The notes beneath the pieces are model-generated. The model had not been told where the DNA came from. It saw nothing but the letters and a program-made list of their open reading frames with translations, and searched no databases. A program made the translations under genes and the position numbers. Shown piece by piece: positions 44,057-61,800 of a stretch of DNA of 64,000 bases. Origin of the DNA: Chrysomallon squamiferum (taxonomy: Eukaryota; Animalia; Mollusca); contig CM022671.1 in the NCBI GenBank assembly GCA_012295275.1, forward strand, positions 5,270,001-5,334,000. The letters are read 5' to 3'. How positions within the stretch are numbered: position 1 is the first letter of the stretch; each line of letters opens with the position of its first letter.

Positions 44057-45438
44057 CTAAGTGAAATGTATTTCCCAAAGTGAGCTATAGAAGCCATCTT
44101 CTTGCCTTTTCTTTCCAAATTCACAGAGGTAAATCCCCTCTACTCCCTGCTCACCTAATTTAATATCTTTGACCTTGCTGTAGACATGCTCAGGGATATT
44201 TGTAACATCCTTGTTCTTCCTTAGAAAAGAATGCACAATTTTTCCTATTGACATATGTGGCGTGTACTCTGAACTGCCAATACCTATTCCGGCTTCCTCC
44301 AGTTTTTTCACCAGCCAATTTTGAAAGTTTACGAGATCCTGACTGTACACCTTAGCAAAGACAATCCTGCCATCGCTAAACTCAGAAAGACCCTCAATCT
44401 TCATCAGTTGCTTTGGTGCATGTGTGATTATTTCATCCTTCATGTCCTGAAGAGCCTTGATCAGATTTTCTGACTTCTCAGAAAAAACACAAAGTGTTAT
44501 GTGGAGTTCTTCACGTCTGCAGCAAACCTCGTGATAAACGGGATTGTGCGAGATGATTTCTTTCACAATTTTTTCAAAAGCATCACCAATCTCAGGGTTT
44601 GAACACCGGACAGCCAGGAAGTATGTAAGTGGAGGTGGACGGTAAGTAGAAGCTTTGCCTTGATCATCATCATCATATTTTTCACTCTGAGCATCTGGAG
44701 ATTTTCTTCTTTCAGCATCTGGAGATTTGCTTTGTTCTTTGACTGCAGATTTTTCCCCCTGAACATCTGGAGACTTATCCCTGTGAACTTCTGGAGATTT
44801 ATCCCTGTGAACTTCTGGAGACTTATCCCTGTGAACTTCTGGAGACTTTTACCCCTGTGAACATTTGGCGACTTATCCCTGTGAACATTTGGCGACTTAT
44901 CCCTGTGAACATTTGGAGACTTATCCCTGGGAACTTCTAGAGATTTACCCCTGCGAAAAATTGGCGACTTATCCCTGCAAACTTCTGGAGACTTATCCCA
45001 ACGAGCATCATAAATTGTTTCTTTGATATAACTTTTCTGTGATTTCAAAGTTTCTTTCTTGGTATCCACTGTATTTTTTTCCTTTGAGCTTTTATCAGTG
45101 ACCACAGTTTTTTGTTTTTGTTTTGGACTGGTTGACCTGGATGATACTTTAATCTTTTTCATGGTTGTAGTATTCTCAGTCTGAGTCTGTGTTGGGATAG
45201 TTGGACTGGGAATAAGATTAAACATGCGTTCTATGATCAGAGGCAGGACAGGTGTTTTGAGATCTTCCAGAGACCAGGCATAAATCTGCAGCTCATGCTC
45301 AAGCTCATGCTCAATCTCTTGCTTGCTTTTTTCCAGATGATCACACTTGTTCAGCTTAAGGTGAATCTTGGGGATTTTGTTTCTGAACCAGTCTGCAATG
45401 ATCAGTGAAAACACATCACAGTAAATAACACTGTATAA

Positions 45439-45475
<37 letters not shown>

Positions 45476-45710
45476 TGTATGGTGAGTGGTATAACTATAA
45501 AACATCAGGGTGTATGACTACAGTGGGTATATGTTGTTTGTGTATGTATGAATGAAAAAAAAAGATGAGTGACATACCTTTGTAAACAAAGTCGACAGTT
45601 ATCTGCTCTTGTGATGTAACAGTGATGGTATTCTGTAAGGTAAGTGTGGGGAATTTTTCTTTAATTTTGCGAGATTCTTCAGCGTATCTTCTGTAAAATG
45701 CTTCCCCCAT
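44057..45710 (-). CDS. RWD-like + KSP-repeat linker + AKAP7-like 2H phosphoesterase paralog (~489 aa after one frameshift correction); no MJ1316 domain
   Basis: Coding exon 45710-45578 (AAAG|GTATGT, phase 1; upstream acceptor ttttcatAG at 45719-45720) and exon 45392-44057 (ttgcAG|ACTGG). Correcting the frame at the T-run 44847-44850 gives ...PPLTYFLAVRCSNPEIGDAFEKIVKEIISHNPVY...LHITL...YTPHMSI...RQEDGFY, which aligns with both neighbours. Confidence 0.82.
44684..44997 (-). repeat. Coding 24-bp tandem repeat (~13 units; consensus GATAAGTCTCCAGAAGTTCACAGG = DKSPEVHR)
   Basis: Repeated acttatccctgtgaac(t/a)t(c/t)tgg(a/c)g units visible on the + strand; the last three units are degenerate (EKSAVKEQ, SKSPDAER, RKSPDAQS). 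Confidence 0.9.
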
Positions 45711-46524
45711 TCTGTGCTCTATGAAAAAAAAAGAGAAGATTTTTACATTAATTATATGTAAACGTAATAATAATAATTGTAGGTTTTCATAATGTCATTT
45801 CCCTCCCTTTTGGCAAAACCAGCACTCTGTAAATAAATTAAAATAAAATAAAAAAGTAAAGTAAAGTAAATAAAAGATTTGCTAACAACACACTCAGATT
45901 TCATGTCAAGTTTAAACTAGTGAACTACTTAGCTATTGTTAGACTGATAAATATACTGTAATCGATAGACAGATAGATGGACAGATAAAGTAAACAAATA
46001 ATAAATGCATACATAAATCTATAAATAAATAAATATAAATTAATGAATAAGAATAATAAATTATTAAATGAATAAATACAATAAAACACAATAAAATAAA
46101 ATAAAATGAAACAAGTATTAGTAAATAAATATAAAATTGTACAAACAGAAAATAGAAAGGTCCACCCACAAGAGATAACAAATTTAGTTCAAACGGATTA
46201 AACTATGTCATTTCCTTTACGGATGTCTCTTAAACTGCGGCATAAACGAAAAATGTCTACGAACGAGTTATAAGTAACTATTTATGCTAAATAATAAAAC
46301 TTTTCAAACCGTCAGTTTCATAAATATTTGGAATTTTACTGAGTTTCGGTTTTCATATCGTAGTCGATAATTACAGACCAGGATGTGTCGTTTGGGTTTT
46401 AGCTTACAAATTAAACTAAGGGAAGTAACTGTTATAGCGAGCGAATGTACCGTAAAACATTTATTATTTGATATTTATTGAATTAATATAAAGTTTCCTA
46501 TTATTGTTATTTTTTTTAATTTTC

Positions 46525-46649
<125 letters not shown>

Positions 46650-46774
46650 AAAAATAATTATAATGAATTCAAATTGTCACATAATTTCAAAAACATATTC
46701 ACATTTATTGTACATCAGTACAGGTATATATTTATTTATTATTGTTACAGGTTTAATATATATGTATATATATA

Positions 46775-47507
46775 TTAATATTGAAGTTCATGAAAGTCAA
46801 ACTGTTTGACAGAAATGTAAAACCCATCTTCATCTCTCTCGGTTCTCATAGAACACAGATTAATGCTCTGAAGTTTCTGTTTTCCAAAATACATATCAGA
46901 ATATCCCTGATACAACCAGGGGTCAATGTACTTTGACCTTTTCTGCCGTGACACTGACCTTGTCGTCTTCATCAAGGTCATGTGAGGCATAAACTCGAAC
47001 CCGTCTCTGATGTCGATTCCAGCTTGTCTGAGACATAATTTCAGGTGATGGACAAAATCCAAGAACTCCTTTGGGCACTGGATTTCCGAGTACAAGACTC
47101 GATTGTAAAAATGTGAGACATTCTGAAAAGTGAGTGCTTCTTGTGGTAGAAGTTTGGACAGCTCGGGCATCATGTCCTGAAGAGTGGACACAGCGTTCGA
47201 GATCTGTTCGGGCGTGTCGAGCCCCAGTGTGCAGAGAGTCACGTGCAGAGCTTTCGGTGGCACGACGCACGTGCTGTACAGTGGTTCGTGATCAAGTATA
47301 AAGTCGTGGACCTCCCCACTCGATTTCTTATTTCTTCGTCTGTGATTCGCATGGCCAGAAAATGATTAGGGCGCAGCTTGTCTTTCCAGGAGGGAGTATT
47401 TTGTGCCTGAAAAAAAGCTTCATCAACGTCGTCATCGTCATCACTGTCAGCGTGGTATTTGTCACTCTTTGTATTTGAATCTACAGTGACTGTAATACCA
47501 TCGTCAC

Positions 47508-47542
<35 letters not shown>

Positions 47543-48404
47543 CTATCCTCATCTTCATTCTCATAAATATAATTTTGTTTCTGGTTTCCAGCACTGACAC
47601 CAACATCTTGACCGCCTCTTTTTTTCTCTTCCTCGACAACGTCTTCTTTGTATTTAGCAATGACGTCAGTGATCGTCATGTTGCTTCCAGTAGACCCAAA
47701 ACGTTATCAAGTCTTTCTGCTTTGTCCCAGATTTTCACGACCCGGTATTTGAAGTACTGGATCCGGTGTTTGGGTATAGCCAGGACCGTGTAGTCCACTG
47801 AAGCAATGTCTTCCCAAGAAAAAGCAGAAAAATATTTCTCCACCACTCCACGGAATCTGTCCAAGTACCCGATGACAAAATCATCTCTATCCAGATTGTC
47901 ATCCCATAGAATCCTTTTTATCACATCCTCCGCAGTCTTCATTGCGGGTTTCTTTTCTTGAATGTCATCTTCCTTGATTTTCTTTTTCTTCTTGGGTTTT
48001 CTGGGTTTTCTGGTTGGAGTGTCAATTATTTCTTCGGATGTCTGCTTGGAAACCTTTCCTGCTCTCATGCCGTTGCTACGCAACCAGGTTTCAGCTGCAC
48101 TGGTGAGTTCTTGTATCATGAAGGTGTTGAGCATTTCCTGTGACTTCTTTTTCAGCATCCGAGTGAGATCTTGTAAACTGTCTTCATCTAGGCTGGATGA
48201 ACGGACGCTGATAGCAGGAACTACACCAGGATAACTTTCTGAAAACAAACAACAGAAAACATCGTTAGTTTCAAAGTTATCAAAAGAGATTATAGTGCTA
48301 ACTTCTCGGATACTATTATCAACTAGTAAAAGAAATCTTTTATTGCTACATTTGTATTCTTTGATATATAATTTTAATAGGCGCATTTATGGTTCGAACA
48401 ATAA

Positions 48405-48503
<99 letters not shown>

Positions 48504-48794
48504 TAACGAAAATCAAATTGGTCTTCAGTGATATTTACTATTATTTATGATCTTATAAAACATATATACTTTATTAAGTCTTAGTGATTAACTTTTACCT
48601 GTTATGCGGAATTTTATGGTTGCATCCATATTTTCTGGTTGTATTGTAATATTGTAACTGTGGTCGTCGTTGGTGATTACGCGACAACGTCCCGGGTGAT
48701 TCTTCTTGATCGATGTAATTTCGTCTGCTTGAGAAGTTAAAGCAGACGACGGCTCTGTGCTAGAGCAAGTACCGGAAGATATTGATGCCGCCAT
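46775..48794 (-). CDS. LENG9: LENG9-like protein: RWD domain + MJ1316 domain + acidic linker + AKAP7-like 2H phosphoesterase (~553 aa after correcting two 1-nt homopolymer frameshifts)
   Basis: Exon 1 48794-48599 (ATG...ACAG|GTAAAA, phase 1); exon 2 48238-46775 (ttttcAG|AAAGTTATCCT). The spliced protein reads KFRITESYPGVVPAISVRS (RWD YPxxxP motif). It continues MKTAEDVIKRILWD...FVIGYLDRFRG...IPKHRIQYFKY...WDKAERLDNV (MJ1316 signature), then RPNHFLAMRI...LHVTL...FMPHMTL...GFY (2H/AKAP7_NLS). Adding one base at 47698-47701 restores DNVFGSTG; adding one at 47314-47317 restores RVGEVHDFILDHEPLY. These join the three track ORFs into one frame. Confidence 0.88.
48405..48498. repeat. (CT)n microsatellite in the LENG9-like intron
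   Basis: Direct reading. Confidence 0.96.
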
Positions 48795-48910
48795 TTTCGT
48801 AAAATCGAATTATAGCCCTGGAAAAAGAAAAAGTTAAATTATGGAAATAATTTTGAAGTTATAAGAATAGAATTAAATAATATTCATCTAAATTATTATT
48901 ATTATTATTA

Positions 48911-48946
<36 letters not shown>

Positions 48947-50882
48947 AATCAATTAATGAGACATTATTTTTACTTTTTGACAATTTCTGATTCAATACAT
49001 TTAATTTAAAGCAACTATAAATAAAAATAATAATAAAAAAAAAAAAATAAAAGTAAAAAAAGATAACCCACAGGCACAAAAATAAAAATGGGAATGCTGA
49101 AATAATAAGAGAATATTAATTATTTGTACAATGTGCATGTTTCTTTCTGTATGTGTGACAAAAACGAACATTTTTAATGAAAATAATGCACATAAATTAT
49201 TTTATCCCCTTACGATTACATCTTTTTCTCATTCAAAATATATTCCCCCATTTCCCGGCATTTAAACTAAAAATAAAAATCTCATTTCGCCACACCTACA
49301 ATCATGAATATTAAATAAACTGGTTGTCAGTCAAGACAAATATATCGTTTACTTCCTGCGTAGTAACCCATTTTACTGAAAGCGAAACAAGCTGATTATA
49401 TTTCAACGAATTTAGTTTATTCCACGAATCTCACCTGGACAGTCCTAAGAATGTTCTGTTGGTATTCGTCGTAGTGAGCTTTTTATAAAGACTCTTCGCT
49501 ACTTCGTTGTATTAACAGCTTGTTGTGCAATGTTTACCATGATGACGACAGCTAAAAATAGCTTTGAATTATCTCCCTTCGTGTAATAGGTTATAGTGTA
49601 GTGCAATGTAAGAATTAAGATGTATTTATTATTTTAATAACGTTCTTTAGGCTAATTAACATAAAATTGTAATTATGGGCTGACATTATACTATGTTGAT
49701 ATCTTATAATATGGTTAGAAAAAAGACTGTTGGGATGACCTTTTAACCATCCGTACCTATATTTTTTTCTAATCGGCATTTTGTACAGTGGCAAATTATC
49801 ACCGCCGAATGGGATTACCATACAGTCTCAACAGTCTATTTTGAAAAAAAAAAAAAAAAAAACACACACACACAACAACAACTGAACAACAACAAACAAA
49901 CAAACAAAGCAACACCTGTTACATACATTAAACCATTACAGTTCTAAACGTTAATTCTTTGTAATTGATAGAGCACTGTAACAACCACTATGCTAGCAGG
50001 CATTCGTCGTTGCCACTGGTAACCAGATCTGCTTGAAGTGGTACCGTTCTGCCTGTTATCGTCTCACATAATCTGGGAATGTCTGAACCTGGCTGCGAAA
50101 GGGGCACCTCTCAACTAATTAAAGACTGTTTTACGAGGAAATCATCGCCACAGTTACAGAGGGATATCATCGTATCTGTGATTAACACGCCCTTTGGTGT
50201 GGTAAAAAGCATCACCTTTCTTAAACAGCTAATATTTCACAACTTAGAGGCGTAATTAATTAAAGATCTAAAAGCTATAATACTGCAAGAGTTACAGAGA
50301 TGTAAGGTAATTTACGAGTCGGTATGGCGTTTTAAAACGTGTTAATAAACAGCTAATACTTTCATAATGTGATGAATAATTAACGATGACACCGCGATGT
50401 GGTAAAAAATACATTTTAAAATTAATCGCTTTAATAAATGAGGGGTGCTGGATTGTAAAAGCAATAAATAAATAAAATAAAATAAAATAAAATAAAATAA
50501 AATAAATAAATAAATAAATAATGATAATAATAAAAATAAATAAATAATAATAATAAAAACATAAATACAAAATAAAATAAAATAAAATAAAATAAATAAA
50601 TGATTAATAAAAAAATAGTATTAATAGGCAGATTTTCTCGTGAACATCCTTCAAGAATCAATCCTTCTCACAGCAGGATTTCTTAGGTTTCCGCCCCCCT
50701 TTCTCTGTGACGTTTCATGTCAGTTAAAATAAACTATGTTAAGATATGGTTAGAAAAAAGAATGTTGCAATGACTTTTCATCCATGCTGAAAACAAAATG
50801 CATTATGTAATGTTTTTTAATAATCCCGGAGCATGAGTTATCTACCTAATAAAACGTGTCCTTTCATTTGGAAAGCGGTTAA

Positions 50883-50925
<43 letters not shown>

Positions 50926-51893
50926 TGTTTTCTTATATCTAGACTGTGAAACATAATGGCTGATATTTTCTAATCATGACTATACCTAGTATATTAGTGC
51001 ATTAAATACAGAAGTTGTTTAATCAGTAGTTTGAGGTTTTCTCTGGGTAGGAGCTGTTAAGAAGTTACGATCTCAGCACCTTCTGGGTTTTTATTCTTAC
51101 GACTTAATGCTGTTGCCACTGAAACCGGTTTTATCAGTAATGTAAATCAATGAAGATCAGAAGAATGTGTGATTCTGTACGACAGGTCATAAGATCAAGT
51201 CTGTTCAGGTCTCCCAAAGAACTATTTCCTGTTCCAGATATTTCCCACGTTTGCCATTTTCTTCATTTACGAAAACCATGTTCTATACATAATAGTTAAT
51301 ACACTGTTGTTAGTAAAATGTATTGAAATACTGTTAAACAAAATAGAGACAAAATATTAAGTATTAATGCATCTGTTAGAAATAGAAAAACAAAACAAAA
51401 AAAACAAACAAACAAAAAACAACATAATAATAATAATAAATAAATAAATAAATAAACTTAACAAAAATACAAAATAATTAAAATAATTGCTAATCTAAAC
51501 GTAAATACCAATGTCATGCCTCACGGTGGAATTAAAAAAACAACAACAAAAAAACAAAAACAAACAAACAACAACATATATACCAAAAGAGGGCCTCGCC
51601 GGTCAGCTATTTGTGGATTGAAGAAACTCCGTGTTTAAGATGGGCCCGATATACCTCCAGCTTTATGATATTACACATATTGGAATGTTTTCACAACAAC
51701 TGCCTGCTCGCGCCGTGTTTAGCCGTCTGACATTTACGGCAATGGCGGGAAGCTGGAAAACCTTTCACTCAAGTTTAACGCAGACGGGATCGGGTGCATA
51801 ACCATCATCATCACCATCGTTGTGGTGGTAAAAAAAAAATATATATACAGATGAAAAGGTGACCACATTTATCTATTACGTCTAATCATCGTC

Positions 51894-57816
<5,923 letters not shown>

Positions 57817-60800
57817 AAAAAAATAAAAATTTCTTATCTATGGATATAAAAAAAAAAAAAAATTAAATAATAAATGACAATAAAAAGAATAAGAATTTAA
57901 GAAACATATAACAACAAAAACCACAATAACATTGATAACCACATGAAAAACAACAAACATATTTTATAATTTTATAATTTGCATCGTTCATTGAAAAAAT
58001 ATTTTATATGACAATAAAAAAAAAAAAAAAAATGAATAATTCTTTGTACCTTAAATAATGTATATTAGCATTTGGTAATATTTTTTCATTGTGAATATTA
58101 TTTACATGGAAAAAAAATAATAATAAAAAAGATCTGTCTGAAAAATGCAGAACATACAAAGGAAAAAAAAAAAACAGCCAAAACGTTATTATTTTGTTCT
58201 AACATCATTTTATATGTAATAATGTAAGATATCCTTGACTGACTGAGAATATGACAAATTTGTAAAAAAAATAAATAAAATAAAATAAAAGAAATAAAGA
58301 TTTAAAAAGATTAAAATTGAAATATCAAGTTGAATGTTAATATAAATAAAGTTGAACATAACATGAAAAAATTAATTTATGAAAAAATTTATTTTCAGGG
58401 AATGTCTGATAGGGTTTATATTATTGTTATAAATGCAATTAAAACAAGTTATATAATGACCAGTCATAAATTGTTGAAGAACCAAGCACCAAAAATAGAT
58501 ATAATTATTATTAACATGTTTGTATATACTTTTCAGATAATTACTGTTTTATGTAATTTCTATGCAAGCTGTAAATAAATAAAAATATTTTATGTTGCAG
58601 TATTTTTGTTTTTGTAATTTTACTTTAAATATGAGTTACCTTGGAGCTGCAGTTTTGAAATTTCAGAGTAACAATCACTTCATTATTTAAAACAGTCCTT
58701 AGTGTAAACAACAGAAATATGACATCTTTTTATTTAAAAAAATAAAAATAAAAAAAAAAATAATAATAATAATAATTTTTAAAACTGTTATCTGTTTCTG
58801 TACCAAAAATGGCCCTTATGATCATCAAAAATTTAGATTTTAGAAGTACAGAGAACATGACCAAAAACTACATTAATAATAAAACAAGAAAACTTCCCCA
58901 AAACAAACAGTGAAACAAAACCTACCAACTATAAAATAAAACAAATCAAAAACAATATTCATTGTAAAAGTAGATTTATTCCAAGAAAGGATATTTAATT
59001 TATTTTTGCATAGAGCACCATACAAAGTCGATACAAAGAAACACACACAGTTTGTAACACAGAGCAAGATCACAATTTGAAATAACACTATGCAGTTCAT
59101 AAAACCATTTCACATCAAGTACTTTATGTTTGTTGCATTATTAGAAATAAAATATATAGTTTATATCATCCTTTCATTCTCAGAGCTGCATTTAACATAA
59201 TTTGAAATAAAGTGTCATAATTTTACAACTTTCACATTGTTATATTTACATGGATATTACCATGATACAAACATATCATAATTATTCAGTTTATGTAACT
59301 TCAAATAAAACATATATATATATATATATATTATAGCAAGAACAGTTTGAAATAACATACATAATTATACCATCCAAATATCCCGAGAGTTATGTTTGTC
59401 ATGATTTAATTGGAAATAATATACATATAAAAAATTCATATATGTATATGGGCCAATACAACTTGAAATAAAATGCATAATCCTCGATTTGTGTATGTAA
59501 TATATACACATATACATTTATATATATATATATATTTAAAACTTACAATATATGTGTTTTCTTTGTGCATGTGTGTGTGTGTGTGTGTGTATTTACACAT
59601 AGATACATACACACTACATTATGTTCTGTTTTGAAGTATGTAAATTTAAGTTGTGACCTTGTAGGTGTGATGTTTTCTAAGTTGTAAGCTTAGGAACAAA
59701 ATAATAAAAATAAAGTAATAATAATAAAAAACCAAATGAAGTCATAAATTACAAAATACTACTTAATTTCTACATTTTTTTACCTCTTTTACTGCATCAA
59801 ATGTTTATAATATCCAAATCATATTAAATGGAAGAAATTAAAAAATTTTACAATCAATATAATGAATAGATAGTTTTTAAATATTTTCTGTGGCTATATG
59901 TTTCTGGTTTATAGATTTAAATATACAGTATATCATATATATGTGATATATACATTAAAACTATAATAACAATGATATGCAATAATTCCATATATTTTTT
60001 AACTACTTATTTATGCTTTGATTACATCAAACTGGGTATTATAGGTGGAATGTGGGATTAAAATATGTACAAGTATGGACATATATTTTTCTGTGTGTGT
60101 GTGTGTGTGTGCATGTGTGTGTGCATGCACACATGCATGCATGTATATACATGTGTATATGCATGTACGTCTTTATGTTTCTGTTTTTATGTTTGTGTCT
60201 TTGTATGTACCTCAGAAGTGACATTATATTTATTTATATTATTTAAAGGCTAAAAAAATAACAGATTTTCGTTGCTGTAGTTAGCAGAATTATGCCAATC
60301 CTCCAAATCAGTTCTAAAAGCACCAAACAAATGTTGTATTACAGATAAGTTTAGAAATAAAGACACATACTGGGCATCTTCTAACAGTCTTTAACATTAA
60401 TTAAAAAAATGGTGAGATATATCCTTTTTTACAGCTCAAATCAGAAAGATTTGTAAACATCTATCACAGTAATTGAAAATATCTAACATACCACCCAGCT
60501 TAAAACTGTAAAAAAAAAAAAAAAAAAAAAAAAATATATGTATATATTCATATAAACTTATTAATTTTACTAAAACAAAAAAGTATTGAATCTTATCAAT
60601 TCAATTACTGATATAAACTTTGTAAATATCTGCCAAGTCTTAAAAAATATTTCATTCACAGATCAGGTAAAATAAGTAAAATTTGGATGCACATTTTTCA
60701 AATTTAAACTGTAACAATGTGGTCTAATACAAATATTATTTTAATAAAAATTAAGTAAGCTGCTAAAACATATGCCATTTTCGACAAAATTCTGGTATAA

Positions 60801-61800
60801 TTTCTATATCTAAATCAGTTTTATAATTTTCATAATAGAAATATGATAATTATAGTTAAGTACATTTTCATGTATAATCATTATCAAAGAAACTTTTTTA
60901 TTTTCATAATTTCTCTTAATGTTGTTGTAAGTCTTGAATCAGTAATAACCCTTTGTAATATATCAACTGAATTTTGAATTTAAATTTTGATCTTTTATAC
61001 ATTAAAAAGGGTTCAAAACAAGCAGCAAACTTACATCTGATAGTTAGATGTGAAATGAGTACCTGCAGGGTGAAGCTATCCCAGTAGGTGGGTGTTTTGG
61101 GCAATGTATTTTGATGTAAGAGCTGCTACAAATCAATGGGGCTGGTTTTTTCAAAGTGTGTACAAAAATCTGTATATCATGTGAAGAGAATATATTTCAC
61201 ATTTTATAACTGATACAAAAATGTCAAAATCCAAGATGTGAGATATAGTTATTGAAAATATTAGTAATAATAATAATAATAAAAACAGTAACCATAATAA
61301 AATATATTATTATTACAGATTTAGTACATATAAGGTAGATGAAGACAAAGCAACAAGTAATAATTCATGTAATTATAAAATTATGAATAAACATTTCAGC
61401 ATCTTCTCAGAGTGGTTTAATGTAAGTTATTGTGTAGTTCTTCATGCACACAGAAATAATGAGATCGACTTCAAACATTTTTATGGCTACTGTAATTCAC
61501 TCAACAAATACACAACATTTTGAATAGCATTTACAAGACAAGAAACAGAATAAAACATAACTGACAAGGATAAGAATATATAAGAAATGAAAAAGGATAC
61601 ATTCAAAATAAGCAGAATATTATGGAGTCTTTTTTTATTATAATTATTATTATTTTTTTAAAAAACAAAACATTTTAAATGATGCAGTTTGGTAATTTAA
61701 CTGAAATAATTTAGATACATGATACAGACAGACTGTAAATGGTACAACACTGGAATGAAAGTCTTGTGAGAACACATTGTATCAGTGTGGAATTGCTGGA

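Noticed and set aside
44684-44997. CRISPR-like array
   Set aside because: Contiguous 24-nt coding tandem repeat without unique spacers, in eukaryotic DNA.
46775-48386. Three separate overlapping genes (ATGA-type overlaps), a pseudogene or programmed frameshifting
   Set aside because: Single-base homopolymer corrections give one continuous LENG9-like protein. No canonical slippery heptamer is present, and the same error type recurs in the unrelated SSPN-like gene.
48239-48386. N-terminal extension MRLLKLYIKEY... of the 236-aa ORF
   Set aside because: Intronic; it lies upstream of the acceptor at 48239-48240.
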